DNA from: Oscillospiraceae bacterium
GTDB taxonomy: Bacteria; Bacillota; Clostridia; Oscillospirales; CAG-272
Assembly: GCA_015064855.1 (NCBI GenBank)
Contig: SVRK01000004.1
Coordinates: 129,445 to 193,444 of the forward strand
DNA: 64,000 nt
Direction: 5' to 3'
Part shown: piece by piece, positions 9,740 through 22,494 of the stretch
How the letters are laid out: every line of letters begins with the position of its first letter
Position numbering within the stretch: position 1 is the stretch's first letter
Notes under the pieces: model-generated
What the model was told of the DNA's origin: nothing
The model's database searches: none
The model's input: only the letters and a program-made list of their open reading frames with translations
Translations under genes and position numbers: made by a program

Positions 9740-10055
9740 TTTTCCACATTTTCTCAACTTACATAAAAAGCCATATAAAATAAGGACTTGTCCCACTTTT
9801 CAACAGACAAGTTATCAACGGTTAATAAATTGATGTATAACTTTTCCAAATTAAGACAATTTAAAATTTTAAAAACGTCAAAGGTTATCAACAATTATTA
9901 ACGTCACCAGGTTGATATTTTTATCTATAAAATCCATATTTTAGTGGTATTTTATAAGTTATCAACAGTATCAACTACCCCACTACTACTACCACTACTA
10001 CAATTAATAAATAAATATTAAAAAAAGAAAATATAAAGAAAAAGAACCTAAAAAA
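9740..10055. other. oriC, dnaA-dnaN intergenic half (DnaA boxes, DnaA-trio-like repeat, AT-rich DUE)
   Basis: Boxes are TTTTCCACA (9740-9748), TTATCAACG (9812-9820), TTATCAACA (9885-9893) and TTATCAACA (9959-9967). These are followed by a short C run, then a CTA-type trinucleotide repeat at 9983-10003, then almost pure A/T up to dnaN. Confidence 0.75.
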
Positions 10056-10079
10056 TTGGTTTTTTTGAAAGGATTTTTT

Positions 10080-11231
10080 ATGATTGCTATTTTCGATAAG
10101 GATAAGCTTTTAAATGCATTAGTTCCTATTATGTACACAGTTTCAGGCAAAAACACAAACTCATATACAGAGGGTATTTTAATCCACTGTGGTGATGATA
10201 ATATGTGTACTCTTACCTCTTATGATTTTGAAAAGGGAATGAGAACTCAAATTGAATGTGAAATTCAAGAGAGAGGAAAATGTGTTATAAACGCAAACAA
10301 GCTTTTCCAAATTGTAAAAACAATGCCAAAGGGCAATATTAAAATTACTGTTGAGAGCTCATATAAGACTGTTATTGAATCTGAAAACGGATTTTCACAC
10401 TTTGATATTAAATCATTAAGCGCAAGTGAATTTCCTGTTCTTCCCGAGCTTCGTGCAGAGAAGGGCTTTAAAATTCCTCAATATTTATTTAGAAAATTTG
10501 TAAATAGAATATTATTTGCAATAGGTCAAAATGATAGCCGTCCTGTTTTCAACGGTGCTTATTTTGAAATTATTAAAAATAAAATGACCGTTGTTTCTTG
10601 TGACGGCAACCGTTTGGCACATCTTGAATATGAGTGTGACTTTGAAAATACTAACAATGATAAAAATCCATTATATCTTTTATTTATAGTTCCGGGTAAA
10701 ACCTTGGTTGAGCTTTTAAAGCTTGTTAAGGATACTGAGGAAACAATGGAAATTAGAGTTGCTAACCGTCAGCTTCTATTTATTGTCGGAAAATATATTC
10801 TTTTCTCAAAGAAGATTGAGTCAGCTTATATTGATTACGAAAGAATTTTACCAAAGCAATCAAATATTGAATTTAATTTAAATGCTGAGGAATTAAAGGG
10901 TGCGCTTGAAAGAAGTGCCTTGATTATTGAAGACAATCTTGCCGGTACTCTTCGTCCTTACGTTAAATTTACTATTGACGAGGTTCTTTCTATTTCAACC
11001 TTATCCTCAAACGGTAACGTTTATGACGAAATTGAGATTGAAAAGACAAAGGGAGAGGATTTGGTTATTGCATTTAACTGTAAGTTTTTCCTTGACGTAC
11101 TAAAGGTATGTGACCCGGGAAAAATGAAATTGAGCTTTGTAAATCCATTGACAGGCGTTTTGATTGAGCCACAAAATACAGAAGAAGGCAAATTTACATA
11201 TTTTGTAATGCCTATGAGAATGACACACTAA
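10080..11231 (+). CDS. dnaN: DNA polymerase III beta sliding clamp
   Basis: It sits directly after dnaA. The sequences NRILFAIGQNDSRPVFNGAYFE and the C-terminal YFVMPMRM are typical. The ATG at 10080 is preferred over the TTG at 10056. Confidence 0.93.
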   Translation: MIAIFDKDKLLNALVPIMYTVSGKNTNSYTEGILIHCGDDNMCTLTSYDFEKGMRTQIECEIQERGKCVINANKLFQIVKTMPKGNIKITVESSYKTVIESENGFSHFDIKSLSASEFPVLPELRAEKGFKIPQYLFRKFVNRILFAIGQNDSRPVFNGAYFEIIKNKMTVVSCDGNRLAHLEYECDFENTNNDKNPLYLLFIVPGKTLVELLKLVKDTEETMEIRVANRQLLFIVGKYILFSKKIESAYIDYERILPKQSNIEFNLNAEELKGALERSALIIEDNLAGTLRPYVKFTIDEVLSISTLSSNGNVYDEIEIEKTKGEDLVIAFNCKFFLDVLKVCDPGKMKLSFVNPLTGVLIEPQNTEEGKFTYFVMPMRMTH

Positions 11232-12382
11232 TGATAGTAAAAAATATTGAATTTGAAAATTTTCGCAATATCGAATGTGAAAAGATTGAATTTAGTGAAG
11301 GAATAAACGTTATTTACGGCGAAAACGCGCAGGGAAAAACAAATATTTTAGAGGGAATTTATCTTTTTGCACGTGGAAAAAGCTTCCGTGCCTTTAAAGA
11401 TAAGGAGCTTGTAAAATTTGATAAAGGTGTGGCTTACGCAAAAATGAATTTTGAAAGCAAGGGTATAGAAACACAGCTTGGTGTTGAAATTCCTAAAAGC
11501 CAAACCAAAAGGTTTTACAGAAATAAAATTAAGGTTTCAAAAACCTCTGAAATTATTGGTGAATTTAGGGCAGTTTTATTCTGTCCCTCCCACTTGGGAA
11601 TAATAAAGGATTCCGCATCTGTGCGTCGTAAATTTTTAGATGTTGCAATTTCACAGCTCCGTCCCGTTTATATAAAAATTATGGCAAGATATAACGCGGT
11701 TATGGAGGAAAGAAACGCAATACTTAAAATGATGCCAGAGCAAAGACAAGAAAATGAAGCATTAATGGACATTTATTCAGAGGAATTAGCTTCACTTTCT
11801 GCCGATATTGCTGATATAAGAAACGAATATATTAAAAAGCTGGACTATTGGGTTTCTGTTTTCTTTAATGATATGACAGAAGGTCGAGAAAAGCCAAAAA
11901 TAACCTATGAATCAAATGCGAGTCAAGAAGACTTTGAAAATAGAGAAAGCTTAAAAAACAGGTATTTAGAGCTCTTAAAAAACAACAAGGAAAGAGAATA
12001 TAAATACGGAGCTACTTTATTTGGAATTCATAAGGACGATTTAAAAATAGAAATAAACGGCCGTGATTCTCGCTTTTATTCGTCACAGGGTCAGCAACGC
12101 TCACTTGCTCTTGCTATGAAAATGGCGGAGGGTGAAATTAGCCGTGAGGGTAAGGGAGAATATCCCGTGTTCCTTTTTGATGACGTGCTCTCTGAGCTTG
12201 ATGACCAAAGAAAAAAATACGTCTTATCAAATATAAGCTCACGTCAGGTTATTATAACAGGCTGTGATAAAGGCGTATTTGAAAACACAGATGATTGCAA
12301 TTTTATCTACATAAAGGACGGCAAGAAAAATGAGGATTTAGTTATCCCTGAAATAAACGAAGCTGTCGAAGAAGAAAATTAA
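11231..12382 (+). CDS. recF: DNA replication/repair protein RecF
   Basis: Walker A motif GENAQGKTNILE, the signature SQGQQRSLALAMK, and the motif FLFDDVLSELD are present. The ATG overlaps the dnaN stop by 1 nt. Confidence 0.95.
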   Translation: MIVKNIEFENFRNIECEKIEFSEGINVIYGENAQGKTNILEGIYLFARGKSFRAFKDKELVKFDKGVAYAKMNFESKGIETQLGVEIPKSQTKRFYRNKIKVSKTSEIIGEFRAVLFCPSHLGIIKDSASVRRKFLDVAISQLRPVYIKIMARYNAVMEERNAILKMMPEQRQENEALMDIYSEELASLSADIADIRNEYIKKLDYWVSVFFNDMTEGREKPKITYESNASQEDFENRESLKNRYLELLKNNKEREYKYGATLFGIHKDDLKIEINGRDSRFYSSQGQQRSLALAMKMAEGEISREGKGEYPVFLFDDVLSELDDQRKKYVLSNISSRQVIITGCDKGVFENTDDCNFIYIKDGKKNEDLVIPEINEAVEEEN

Positions 12383-12383
12383 A

Positions 12384-14569
<2,186 letters not shown>

Positions 14570-14594
14570 TTTGACGTAAAGAGGAGTTTAAAAA

Positions 14595-17186
14595 ATGAGC
14601 GAAAAAGATATAAATCAATTAGATTATGAAAATACCGAACAAATGATAGTTGGCAGATCCATTGAATCAAGAGTGCCTGAAGCATTCCTTGAATATTCAA
14701 TGTCAGTTATCGTTTCCCGTGCGCTCCCTGACGTGCGTGACGGAATGAAGCCTGGTCAAAGACGTGTTATGTACGCTATGTACGAGGACCATTTGACAAG
14801 CGATAAGCCATTTAGAAAATCGGCTACCACAGTTGGTAACGTGCTTGGTAGATACCATCCACACGGTGACCAATCCGTTTATGGAACAATGGTAAGAATG
14901 GCACAACCATTCTCACTCCGTTATCCACTTGTTGAAGGACACGGAAACTTCGGTAACGTTGACGGTGACGGCGCAGCTGCCTACCGTTATACTGAGGCTA
15001 GAATGAGTAAGCTTGCAAATGAGCTTATGAGTGATATTGAAAAGGACGTTGTTGACTTCGTTCCTAACTTTGATAACTCACGTAAAGAGCCAACAGTTTT
15101 GCCATCTCGTTTCCCTAACTTTTTGGTAAATGGTAGCGTTGGTATTGCCGTTGGTATGGCAACAAACGTACCACCTCACAACCTTGGCGAGGTTATTGAC
15201 GGTACAATTCACCTAATGGATAACCCCGACTGCACAGTTGCAGATTTGATGGAATATATAAAGGGTCCGGACTTCCCAACAAGTGCTACAATTTACGGTA
15301 AGCGCGGTATTACCGAGGCATATGAAACAGGTCACGGTCGCGTTATGGTTCGTTCAAAGGCTAAAATTGAAGAGGACCACCACAGAATTATAATTACAGA
15401 AATTCCTTATATGGTAAATAAGAGCCAGCTTGTTGAAAGAATTGCTGACCTTGTTAAAGACAAGCGAGTTGAGGGTATTTCAGCAATCCGCGACGAGTCA
15501 GGCAGAGCCGGAATGAGAATTGTTATTGAATATAAGCGCGATGCAAACGCACAAATTATTCTTAACACTCTATATAAAAATACACAGCTTCAAGACACCT
15601 GCGCTGTTAATATGCTTGCCCTTGTTAACGGTGAGCCAAAGACACTTAACTTAAAAGAGGTTCTTGAAAACTACGTTTCCTTCCAAGAGGAGGTAGTTTT
15701 AAGAAGAACAAGGTTTGAGCTTGCAAAGGCACAGGCTGAAGAGCATATTTACGAGGGCTACAAGATAGCACTTGATAATATCGACGAGATTATTTCTATA
15801 ATCAGAGGTAGTGCAAGCACACCTGAGGCTAAGGAAAAATTAAAAGAAAAATTCCTCCTTTCCGACGAGCAGGCACAGGCTATTGTTGAAATGACTCTCG
15901 GACGTCTATCCGGACTTGAGCGCCAAAAGATAGAGGAAAGACTCTTGAAGCTTCAAGAAACTATTGCCGAGCTTAACTCAATTATTGCAAGCGAGCAAAA
16001 ATTGAAGGACTTAATCAAGGAAGAGCTTCTTGAAATTAAGAGAAAGTTTGCTGACCCACGTCGCACTGATATTATTGACAGCGAAGAGGAAATTGATATT
16101 GAGGACCTTATTGAGCGTCACGAGTGCGTAATTACACTTACAAATTCGGGCTATATTAAGAGAATTCCTGCCGATACATATTCAGCTCAACGTAGAGGCG
16201 GTAAGGGACTCATCGCTATGCATACAAAGGAAGAGGACTTTATAGAAAAGGTTCTCGTTGCAAATAGCCACGATTATCTACTTATGTTCACCGATAATGG
16301 TAAGATTTTTGTTCGCAAGGTTTATAGAATTCCTGAGGCATCAAGAACAGCGAAGGGCTCTAACATTATTAACCTTATTGAGATTGAAAAGGGCGAGAAG
16401 GTAACTGCTATGGTAACTCTTTCCGAGTTTACTCACGGTGAATATCTGACAATGGTTACCCAAAACGGTGTAATTAAGCGTACTGATATTGCTGAATATG
16501 AATATCAGCGTAAGGGCGGTAAGATTGCAATTAACCTCGACGAGGGTGACAAGCTTATATTTGTTGGTCATACAGATGGCAATAAGCACGTGCTTATCGC
16601 TACAAAGAACGGCTATGCTGCTCGCTTTGATGAAAACAAGGTTTCAATTGTTGGAAGAACTGCACGCGGTGTACGCGGTATTGATTTACGCGAGGGCGAT
16701 ATTGTTTGCGGTGCTGTTATAGTAGACGAGAACAAAAAGCTTCTTACAATCACCGAAAACGGCTATGGAAAGAAGAGCAATTTTGACGAATTCGAGCCAA
16801 GAAACCGTGGTATTATGGGTGTTATCGTTCACAATATCAACGAAAAGACAGGAAAGCTTGCCGGTGTTGCTTGCGTTGACGATGAAAAGGACGTTATGGT
16901 AATTACCAACGAGGGTATTATTATAAGAACAGCAACCGACGTTATACCAACATATAAGAGAAGCACAACAGGCGTAAAGATTATGCGTCTTGACGACGAC
17001 TCAATAGTTGCAAATATGACATTGGTTGATAAAGAGGACGAGGAAGAAAACGAAGCAGTCCTTGACGAAAACGGAAATCCTATTGTTCAAGAAATACAAG
17101 AGGGCGAGGCACAAGAGATAGCTGATGGAGAAAAAACAGACACTCCCCCTGCCCAAAATGAAGTAGAAGAAAACCCAGAGGCATAA
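14595..17186 (+). CDS. gyrA: DNA gyrase subunit A
   Basis: SRALPDVRDGMKPGQRRV, the active-site region AAAYRYTEARM, and the GyrA-box region QRRGGKG are present. The protein ends in an acidic tail. Confidence 0.98.
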   Translation: MSEKDINQLDYENTEQMIVGRSIESRVPEAFLEYSMSVIVSRALPDVRDGMKPGQRRVMYAMYEDHLTSDKPFRKSATTVGNVLGRYHPHGDQSVYGTMVRMAQPFSLRYPLVEGHGNFGNVDGDGAAAYRYTEARMSKLANELMSDIEKDVVDFVPNFDNSRKEPTVLPSRFPNFLVNGSVGIAVGMATNVPPHNLGEVIDGTIHLMDNPDCTVADLMEYIKGPDFPTSATIYGKRGITEAYETGHGRVMVRSKAKIEEDHHRIIITEIPYMVNKSQLVERIADLVKDKRVEGISAIRDESGRAGMRIVIEYKRDANAQIILNTLYKNTQLQDTCAVNMLALVNGEPKTLNLKEVLENYVSFQEEVVLRRTRFELAKAQAEEHIYEGYKIALDNIDEIISIIRGSASTPEAKEKLKEKFLLSDEQAQAIVEMTLGRLSGLERQKIEERLLKLQETIAELNSIIASEQKLKDLIKEELLEIKRKFADPRRTDIIDSEEEIDIEDLIERHECVITLTNSGYIKRIPADTYSAQRRGGKGLIAMHTKEEDFIEKVLVANSHDYLLMFTDNGKIFVRKVYRIPEASRTAKGSNIINLIEIEKGEKVTAMVTLSEFTHGEYLTMVTQNGVIKRTDIAEYEYQRKGGKIAINLDEGDKLIFVGHTDGNKHVLIATKNGYAARFDENKVSIVGRTARGVRGIDLREGDIVCGAVIVDENKKLLTITENGYGKKSNFDEFEPRNRGIMGVIVHNINEKTGKLAGVACVDDEKDVMVITNEGIIIRTATDVIPTYKRSTTGVKIMRLDDDSIVANMTLVDKEDEEENEAVLDENGNPIVQEIQEGEAQEIADGEKTDTPPAQNEVEENPEA

Positions 17187-17187
17187 A

Positions 17188-17796
17188 ATGGGAAAAATAA
17201 AAAGAATTTTATCCTTATTGTTCGCATCGCTATTGGTCATTTTGACCTTTAGCGGCTGCGGATGTGCCAAAATAAGCGAGGAAGAAGCGAAGCTTGAAAT
17301 TAAAAAGCTCGTTGATGCATCATACGATTTAAACGTAATTATTTACGGCGAGGGTCTTCCTTACTATGAAAGAACAGATACTATAAATCAGTTATACGCA
17401 CCCGTTGCCGACACTGCCAAATATAAAAGCATCAGTAATTTGAAGGTTGATATCAGAAAAACCTTTTCAGAAAGCTATTCAAAAATTCTGGAAGCAACAG
17501 CCTTTGAAGGACAAGAGGGTGTAGAATTCGGATATCATAATCAACCAAGATATATTGAGGTTTTGGGTGAGCTTATGGTATTAAAGGACTTTTATAACGT
17601 TGATTTCGACAGCGATAAATATGGCGAATATGAAGGTATAAAGGTTCAAAAATATAATACAAACGTAATAAAAATTGTTAAAATTTCCAAAAGATTTGTT
17701 GAGGGTGAAATAACAAGCGTTGATGGAAAAACCACAATAAGAGTTACTCTTGTTTTGGAAAACGGAGAATGGCGCTTGGATTCGCCTACATACTAA
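17188..17796 (+). CDS. Hypothetical lipoprotein
   Basis: A signal peptide with the lipobox FSGC is present. I recognise no family for the mature part. Confidence 0.6.
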   Translation: MGKIKRILSLLFASLLVILTFSGCGCAKISEEEAKLEIKKLVDASYDLNVIIYGEGLPYYERTDTINQLYAPVADTAKYKSISNLKVDIRKTFSESYSKILEATAFEGQEGVEFGYHNQPRYIEVLGELMVLKDFYNVDFDSDKYGEYEGIKVQKYNTNVIKIVKISKRFVEGEITSVDGKTTIRVTLVLENGEWRLDSPTY

Positions 17797-17863
17797 AAAA
17801 CCGCACCCTGTGTGCGATTTTACAGTGAAACTCAGTATTTATATTAGATATTAGGAGTAAAAA

Positions 17864-18970
17864 ATGGCTAAAAAAACAACTAAGGCAGTAGCTAAGGTAG
17901 AAGCATCAAGTAACGATGCTGAAAAGAAAAAAGCACTGGACACTGCCTTATCTCAAATAAAAAAGGAGTGCGGTGAGGAGTCAATCAGACGCTTGGGAGA
18001 CAAGGCTGATATGCAAATCGGTGCAATCTCCACAGGCTCACTAACACTTGATTTAGCTCTTGGCGTTGGTGGACTTCCTAAGGGAAGAATTATTGAAATT
18101 TATGGTCCTGAGTCATCAGGTAAAACAACAATTGCTCTTCACGCAATAGCAGAGAGCCAAAAGGAAGGCGGAACTGCGGCATTTATTGACGCCGAGCATG
18201 CCCTTGACCCTGTTTATGCAAAGGCGATTGGCGTTAATATTGACGAATTACTTGTTTCTCAGCCCGACAACGGTGAGCAAGCGCTTGAAATTACAGAGAA
18301 GCTTGTTTCCTCTGGTGCTGTTGATATTATCGTTGTTGACTCGGTTGCTGCGCTTGTTCCAAGACAAGAAATTGAGGGCTCAATGGGAGATTCCCATATG
18401 GGACTTCAGGCAAGACTTATGTCACAGGCACTTCGTAAGCTTTCAGGAGCTATTGCAAAGACAAATTGTATAGTAATCTTTATCAACCAGCTCCGTGAGA
18501 AATTAAATGTAATGTATGGAAATCCCGAAACGACAACGGGTGGTCGCGCACTTAAATTCTACGCATCTGTTAGGATTGATGTAAGAAAAGCTGACACACT
18601 AAAGAATGGAACAGTTGCATATGGAAACCACGTAAAATGTAAGGTTGTTAAAAACAAGGTGGCAGCTCCGTTTACAACTGCTGAATTCGATATGATTTAC
18701 GGCAAGGGTATTTCAAAATCATCAGAAATTATTGATATTGCTATTGAGCTTGGTCTTGTTATGAAGAGTGGCTCTTGGTTCTCCTATAATGGAGGAAAAA
18801 TTGGTCAAGGCAAGGACAATGCAAGAAAATATTTTGAAGACAATCAAGAGCTTATGAAGGAGCTTGAAGAAAAAATTAAGGCGCGCTTAGCAAATGGTGA
18901 AGCACCCGAAAGTGATGAATTCGACCTTGACATGGACGAATTTGATCTTGATTCGCTCAACCTAGACTAA
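17864..18970 (+). CDS. recA: Recombinase RecA
   Basis: Walker A motif GPESSGKTT, the sequence [10 protein letters not shown], and the L2 region are present. The protein ends in an acidic tail. Confidence 0.98.
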   Translation: MAKKTTKAVAKVEASSNDAEKKKALDTALSQIKKECGEESIRRLGDKADMQIGAISTGSLTLDLALGVGGLPKGRIIEIYGPESSGKTTIALHAIAESQKEGGTAAFIDAEHALDPVYAKAIGVNIDELLVSQPDNGEQALEITEKLVSSGAVDIIVVDSVAALVPRQEIEGSMGDSHMGLQARLMSQALRKLSGAIAKTNCIVIFINQLREKLNVMYGNPETTTGGRALKFYASVRIDVRKADTLKNGTVAYGNHVKCKVVKNKVAAPFTTAEFDMIYGKGISKSSEIIDIAIELGLVMKSGSWFSYNGGKIGQGKDNARKYFEDNQELMKELEEKIKARLANGEAPESDEFDLDMDEFDLDSLNLD

Positions 18971-19020
18971 GTTTTCGACATCTTAGGGACTTTTAATCCC
19001 TATTAAAAAGGGCAAAATAA

Positions 19021-19671
19021 ATGGAAAATGAAATTTACTACAAGGTAGAAAAAATTAAGAAAACCCCCGCAGGACGAGTTTATTGCATTAAATCAAATCT
19101 CGGCACTGTTTTTGAGATGCTAGTTTCTAACGAGCAGTATGAAAGATTTGATATTGAAGAGGGTGAAATAATTGATGACGAGCATTTTCTCAAGATTAGA
19201 GAGGAGATGCTGTTTGATAACGCACGTCGTGCTGCATTTTCAATTCTTTCCTGTGGAGAAAATAACAAAAAATCATTAACAAGCAAGCTTCAAGCGCGCG
19301 GTTATTCCTATGAGCTATCTAAAAACATGGCTATTTATATGGAGCACCGCGGATATATTGACGAGAAAAAGCAAATAAAGCTTTTATGTCAAAATTATCT
19401 TAAAAAGAAGTATGGCAAGTTAAAGATTATAAACGAGCTTGTTGCTCACGGATATCAACGCGAGGACGTACAGGAATTTGTAAAGAAAAATCTTGACAAG
19501 GTGAACTTTGCTGAAAACTGTGCTTACATTATTGAAAACAAGTTTATGCCACTAAAAACGCAGGATGACGTTAAGAAAATGATGGGTACACTCCTTCGCT
19601 ATGGATATAACGTTGGTGAGATTAAGGACGGCATAAAAATTGCAACCGAAAGGCAAGGTAAGGATGAGTAG
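19021..19671 (+). CDS. recX: RecX family regulator
   Basis: It lies immediately after recA. The helical-repeat sequence SLTSKLQARGYSYELSKNMAIYMEHRGYIDEKK is RecX-like. Confidence 0.7.
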   Translation: MENEIYYKVEKIKKTPAGRVYCIKSNLGTVFEMLVSNEQYERFDIEEGEIIDDEHFLKIREEMLFDNARRAAFSILSCGENNKKSLTSKLQARGYSYELSKNMAIYMEHRGYIDEKKQIKLLCQNYLKKKYGKLKIINELVAHGYQREDVQEFVKKNLDKVNFAENCAYIIENKFMPLKTQDDVKKMMGTLLRYGYNVGEIKDGIKIATERQGKDE

Positions 19672-20983
19672 AATAGGCTTTGTTTCGCTTGGCTGTCCTA
19701 AAAATTTGCTTGATACCGAGGTTATGCTCGGTCATATCGCCATGGCAGGATATGAGATAACTCCTGAGGAGAGCGAGGCAGATATTGTTATAGTGAACAC
19801 CTGCGCCTTCATTGGTGACGCCAAAAAGGAATCTATTGACAATATTCTCGATATTGCTTGGCTCAAGGAGAATGCAAATTTAAAGGGCATTATAGTTACA
19901 GGATGCTTGGCTGAACGATACCGCGACGAAATTTTAAATGAATTTCCCGAGGTTGACTGTGTTCTTGGCACAGGCAGTGTGCACTCAATTGTTGAGGCAA
20001 TTAAAAGAGTTGAGAGTGGCGAGCGCTATTCAGAATATAAGGATAAAAATGAGGTAGCATTAGGTGGTGACAGAATTGTGACCACGGGCGAGGCTTACGC
20101 TTATCTTAAAATTTCTGAGGGCTGTAACAACCGTTGTACATACTGTGCAATTCCATCAATACGCGGAAAATTCCGCTCACGCCCAATGGACGAGCTCATA
20201 AAAGAGGCAAAAGAGCTAACCGATATGGGAATTAAGGAATTAATAGTTATAGGTCAAGATACTACCGCTTACGGAATTGACCTTTATGGGGAATATAAAT
20301 TGCCCGAGCTTTTATCACGCTTGGCAAAGGAAACGGACGTATCATGGCTTAGAATTCTTTACTGCTATCCCGACAAGATAACCCCCGAGCTTATAAATGA
20401 GTTTAAAACAAACGACAAGCTTGTAAAATATATTGATATTCCTATTCAACATATTAGTGATTCAGTTCTTAAAAGAATGGGCCGAAAGGGCGATGGCGCA
20501 CTTATCCGCTCAGTTATGAAAAAATTGCGCGAAATTGAGGGCATGACCATTCGTTCAACTGCGATAGTAGGCTTCCCGGGTGAAACGGAGGCTGATTTTA
20601 CAGAGCTTTGTGAGTTTATCCGTGAGGTTAAATTTGACCGCTTTGGCGCATTTGCTTACTCCCAAGAGGAGGGAACGCCTGCATATAATTTGCCCGATCA
20701 AATTGACGAACAAGAAAAGCAGGATAGATACGATATTATAATGCGTGAGCAGCTTGCCGTTATGGAGGAATATAACGCGCAAAGAATCGGCAAGGAATTA
20801 ACCGTATTGTGCGAGGGCTTTGATAAGGTTGCGGAAGCTTATTTTGCAAGAAGCGAGGCAGATGCACCCGACATTGACGGAAAGGTTTTCTTTACCTCAA
20901 AGAAAAAAATCGAAGCAGGCGAGTTTGTAAAAGTAGTGGTTGACGATGCCGATGATTTCGATTTATTTGCTACCATAATATAA
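19664..20983 (+). CDS. rimO: Ribosomal protein S12 methylthiotransferase RimO
   Basis: MSRIGFVSLGCPKN, the radical-SAM motif CNNRCTYC, and a TRAM-like C-terminus are present. The ATG at 19664 overlaps recX by 8 nt. Confidence 0.9.
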   Translation: MSRIGFVSLGCPKNLLDTEVMLGHIAMAGYEITPEESEADIVIVNTCAFIGDAKKESIDNILDIAWLKENANLKGIIVTGCLAERYRDEILNEFPEVDCVLGTGSVHSIVEAIKRVESGERYSEYKDKNEVALGGDRIVTTGEAYAYLKISEGCNNRCTYCAIPSIRGKFRSRPMDELIKEAKELTDMGIKELIVIGQDTTAYGIDLYGEYKLPELLSRLAKETDVSWLRILYCYPDKITPELINEFKTNDKLVKYIDIPIQHISDSVLKRMGRKGDGALIRSVMKKLREIEGMTIRSTAIVGFPGETEADFTELCEFIREVKFDRFGAFAYSQEEGTPAYNLPDQIDEQEKQDRYDIIMREQLAVMEEYNAQRIGKELTVLCEGFDKVAEAYFARSEADAPDIDGKVFFTSKKKIEAGEFVKVVVDDADDFDLFATII

Positions 20984-21039
20984 AAAACCGCACCCTGTGT
21001 ACGATTTTTAGAATAAAAACATATCAAAAGAAAGAAAAA

Positions 21040-21660
21040 ATGGATAAAAATATAGAACCAAATGTAATAAGTGAACTGCCGAGCAGCTATAAGCTAGCTC
21101 ATACGCTTGATTTACAAAACAATAAAAAGCAATTTTTCTTAATAAACGGTATGGCGATATTAAGTGCAATCATTTTAATAGTGCCAATGCTGTTTTTAGT
21201 CCCTATTGACAGTCTTTTTATAATTGACTTTTCAGAGGGCGGTGGCGGAATTTGGCTTTATATATTGCGTTTTGCTTTGCTTGTTCTGGGCAGTATCCTT
21301 TATATTGTGCTTCACGAGTTTACTCACGGAATAGTGATGAAGCTTTTCGGAGCAAAAAAAGTGAAATTCGGCTTTTCCTTTCTTTATGCCTATGCAGGCT
21401 CGAAGGAAGAATATTTCAAAAAATGGCCGTATATAATAGTGGCACTTGCTCCTTTTACAATTTTCTTTGTTATCTTTGCCGTTATTTGCCCATTCATTTA
21501 TAAAACCCCTTGGTTTTGGATGGTTTATTTCTGGCAGGTACAAAATATTTCAGGCTCAATGGGAGATATTATTGTTTCACTTATCTTCCTTGGAAAGCCA
21601 AAGAATTCGTATATTAAGGACGAGGGCACGAGCATGAGGCTTTATGCCTTGCAAGACTGA
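21040..21660 (+). CDS. DUF3267-like membrane zincin (HExxH)
   Basis: It is polytopic, and the motif LHEFTHG lies next to a TM segment. Confidence 0.55.
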   Translation: MDKNIEPNVISELPSSYKLAHTLDLQNNKKQFFLINGMAILSAIILIVPMLFLVPIDSLFIIDFSEGGGGIWLYILRFALLVLGSILYIVLHEFTHGIVMKLFGAKKVKFGFSFLYAYAGSKEEYFKKWPYIIVALAPFTIFFVIFAVICPFIYKTPWFWMVYFWQVQNISGSMGDIIVSLIFLGKPKNSYIKDEGTSMRLYALQD

Positions 21661-21783
21661 AAAAACCAGTTTTGAAACGGACAATACCCCGCATATGGCG
21701 TTAAAATTTTTTGAAATATTTTTAAGGACAAAAATATAAAAAAGCAAATTGGGGCGACCCAGTGTGCAAAAATGGAGGATTTT

Positions 21784-22386
21784 ATGAATTTACCAAACAA
21801 ATTAACTATGTTAAGGGCGCTTTTAGTTCCCGTGTTTATCGCTTGTCTGCTTTATATTCCAAATAATGCAGTGTGCGGTTTTGTCACAGCAGGAGTTTTC
21901 ATTATTACGTCCCTAACAGATATGCTAGACGGAAAAATTGCAAGAAAATACAACCTCGTTACCAACTTTGGTAAATTTATGGACCCACTTGCAGATAAAT
22001 TTATGGTCTTTGCTGCATTGATTACAATTACAGTTAAGCTTTTCTTAACAGCAGATAATACAAATGATACTGTTCTTGCACACGTAATGCTTTGGACAAC
22101 TATGGTTGTTGTTCTTCGTGAGCTTGGTGTTACTTCAATCAGAATGGTTTGCTCGGGCACAGGTGCAGGCGTTATCGCTGCTAGTATGTTCGGCAAATTA
22201 AAGACTGTGACACAGGTTATTGCAATAGTTGTTATTCTTGTTGAATATTCATTAAACGTTGGATTTGAGCTTCCAACCTACTGGATTGCATCTTACGTAT
22301 TAATCGCGGCTATGGCATTTATGACAATAGCTTCGGGAATAGACTATTTGAAGAGCTATTGGAAGTACATCAATCCTAATCAGTGA
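21784..22386 (+). CDS. pgsA: CDP-diacylglycerol-glycerol-3-phosphate 3-phosphatidyltransferase
   Basis: NLPNKLTMLR and the CDP-alcohol motif DMLDGKIARK...GKFMDPLADK are present. A GGAGG RBS precedes the ATG at 21784. Confidence 0.9.
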   Translation: MNLPNKLTMLRALLVPVFIACLLYIPNNAVCGFVTAGVFIITSLTDMLDGKIARKYNLVTNFGKFMDPLADKFMVFAALITITVKLFLTADNTNDTVLAHVMLWTTMVVVLRELGVTSIRMVCSGTGAGVIAASMFGKLKTVTQVIAIVVILVEYSLNVGFELPTYWIASYVLIAAMAFMTIASGIDYLKSYWKYINPNQ

Positions 22387-22494
22387 GGGAGCGAGAACGG
22401 GTAAAAGCGAAATCACAAGTGTTTCATAGTTATCTATACCACATAAGTTAAACGAACTAATTTATATGGCGTTACCCAGTTAAGATATTAAGGA

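Noticed and set aside
10056-10079. N-terminal extensions offered by the ORF track (dnaN 10056, rlmH 2375, mnmG 2903, rimO 19640, pgsA 21772, pyrD 39786, pyrE 41928, AraC 56742, DUF2156 60438, kinase 60549, glxK 50185)
   Set aside because: Internal starts have better Shine-Dalgarno spacing and give N-termini typical for the families. The rlmH and pyrC starts remain genuinely uncertain.
17016-17183. Long acidic C-terminal tails of GyrA (and RecA, 18900-18967)
   Set aside because: Acidic tails are a known, variable feature of both protein families and do not indicate anything unusual.
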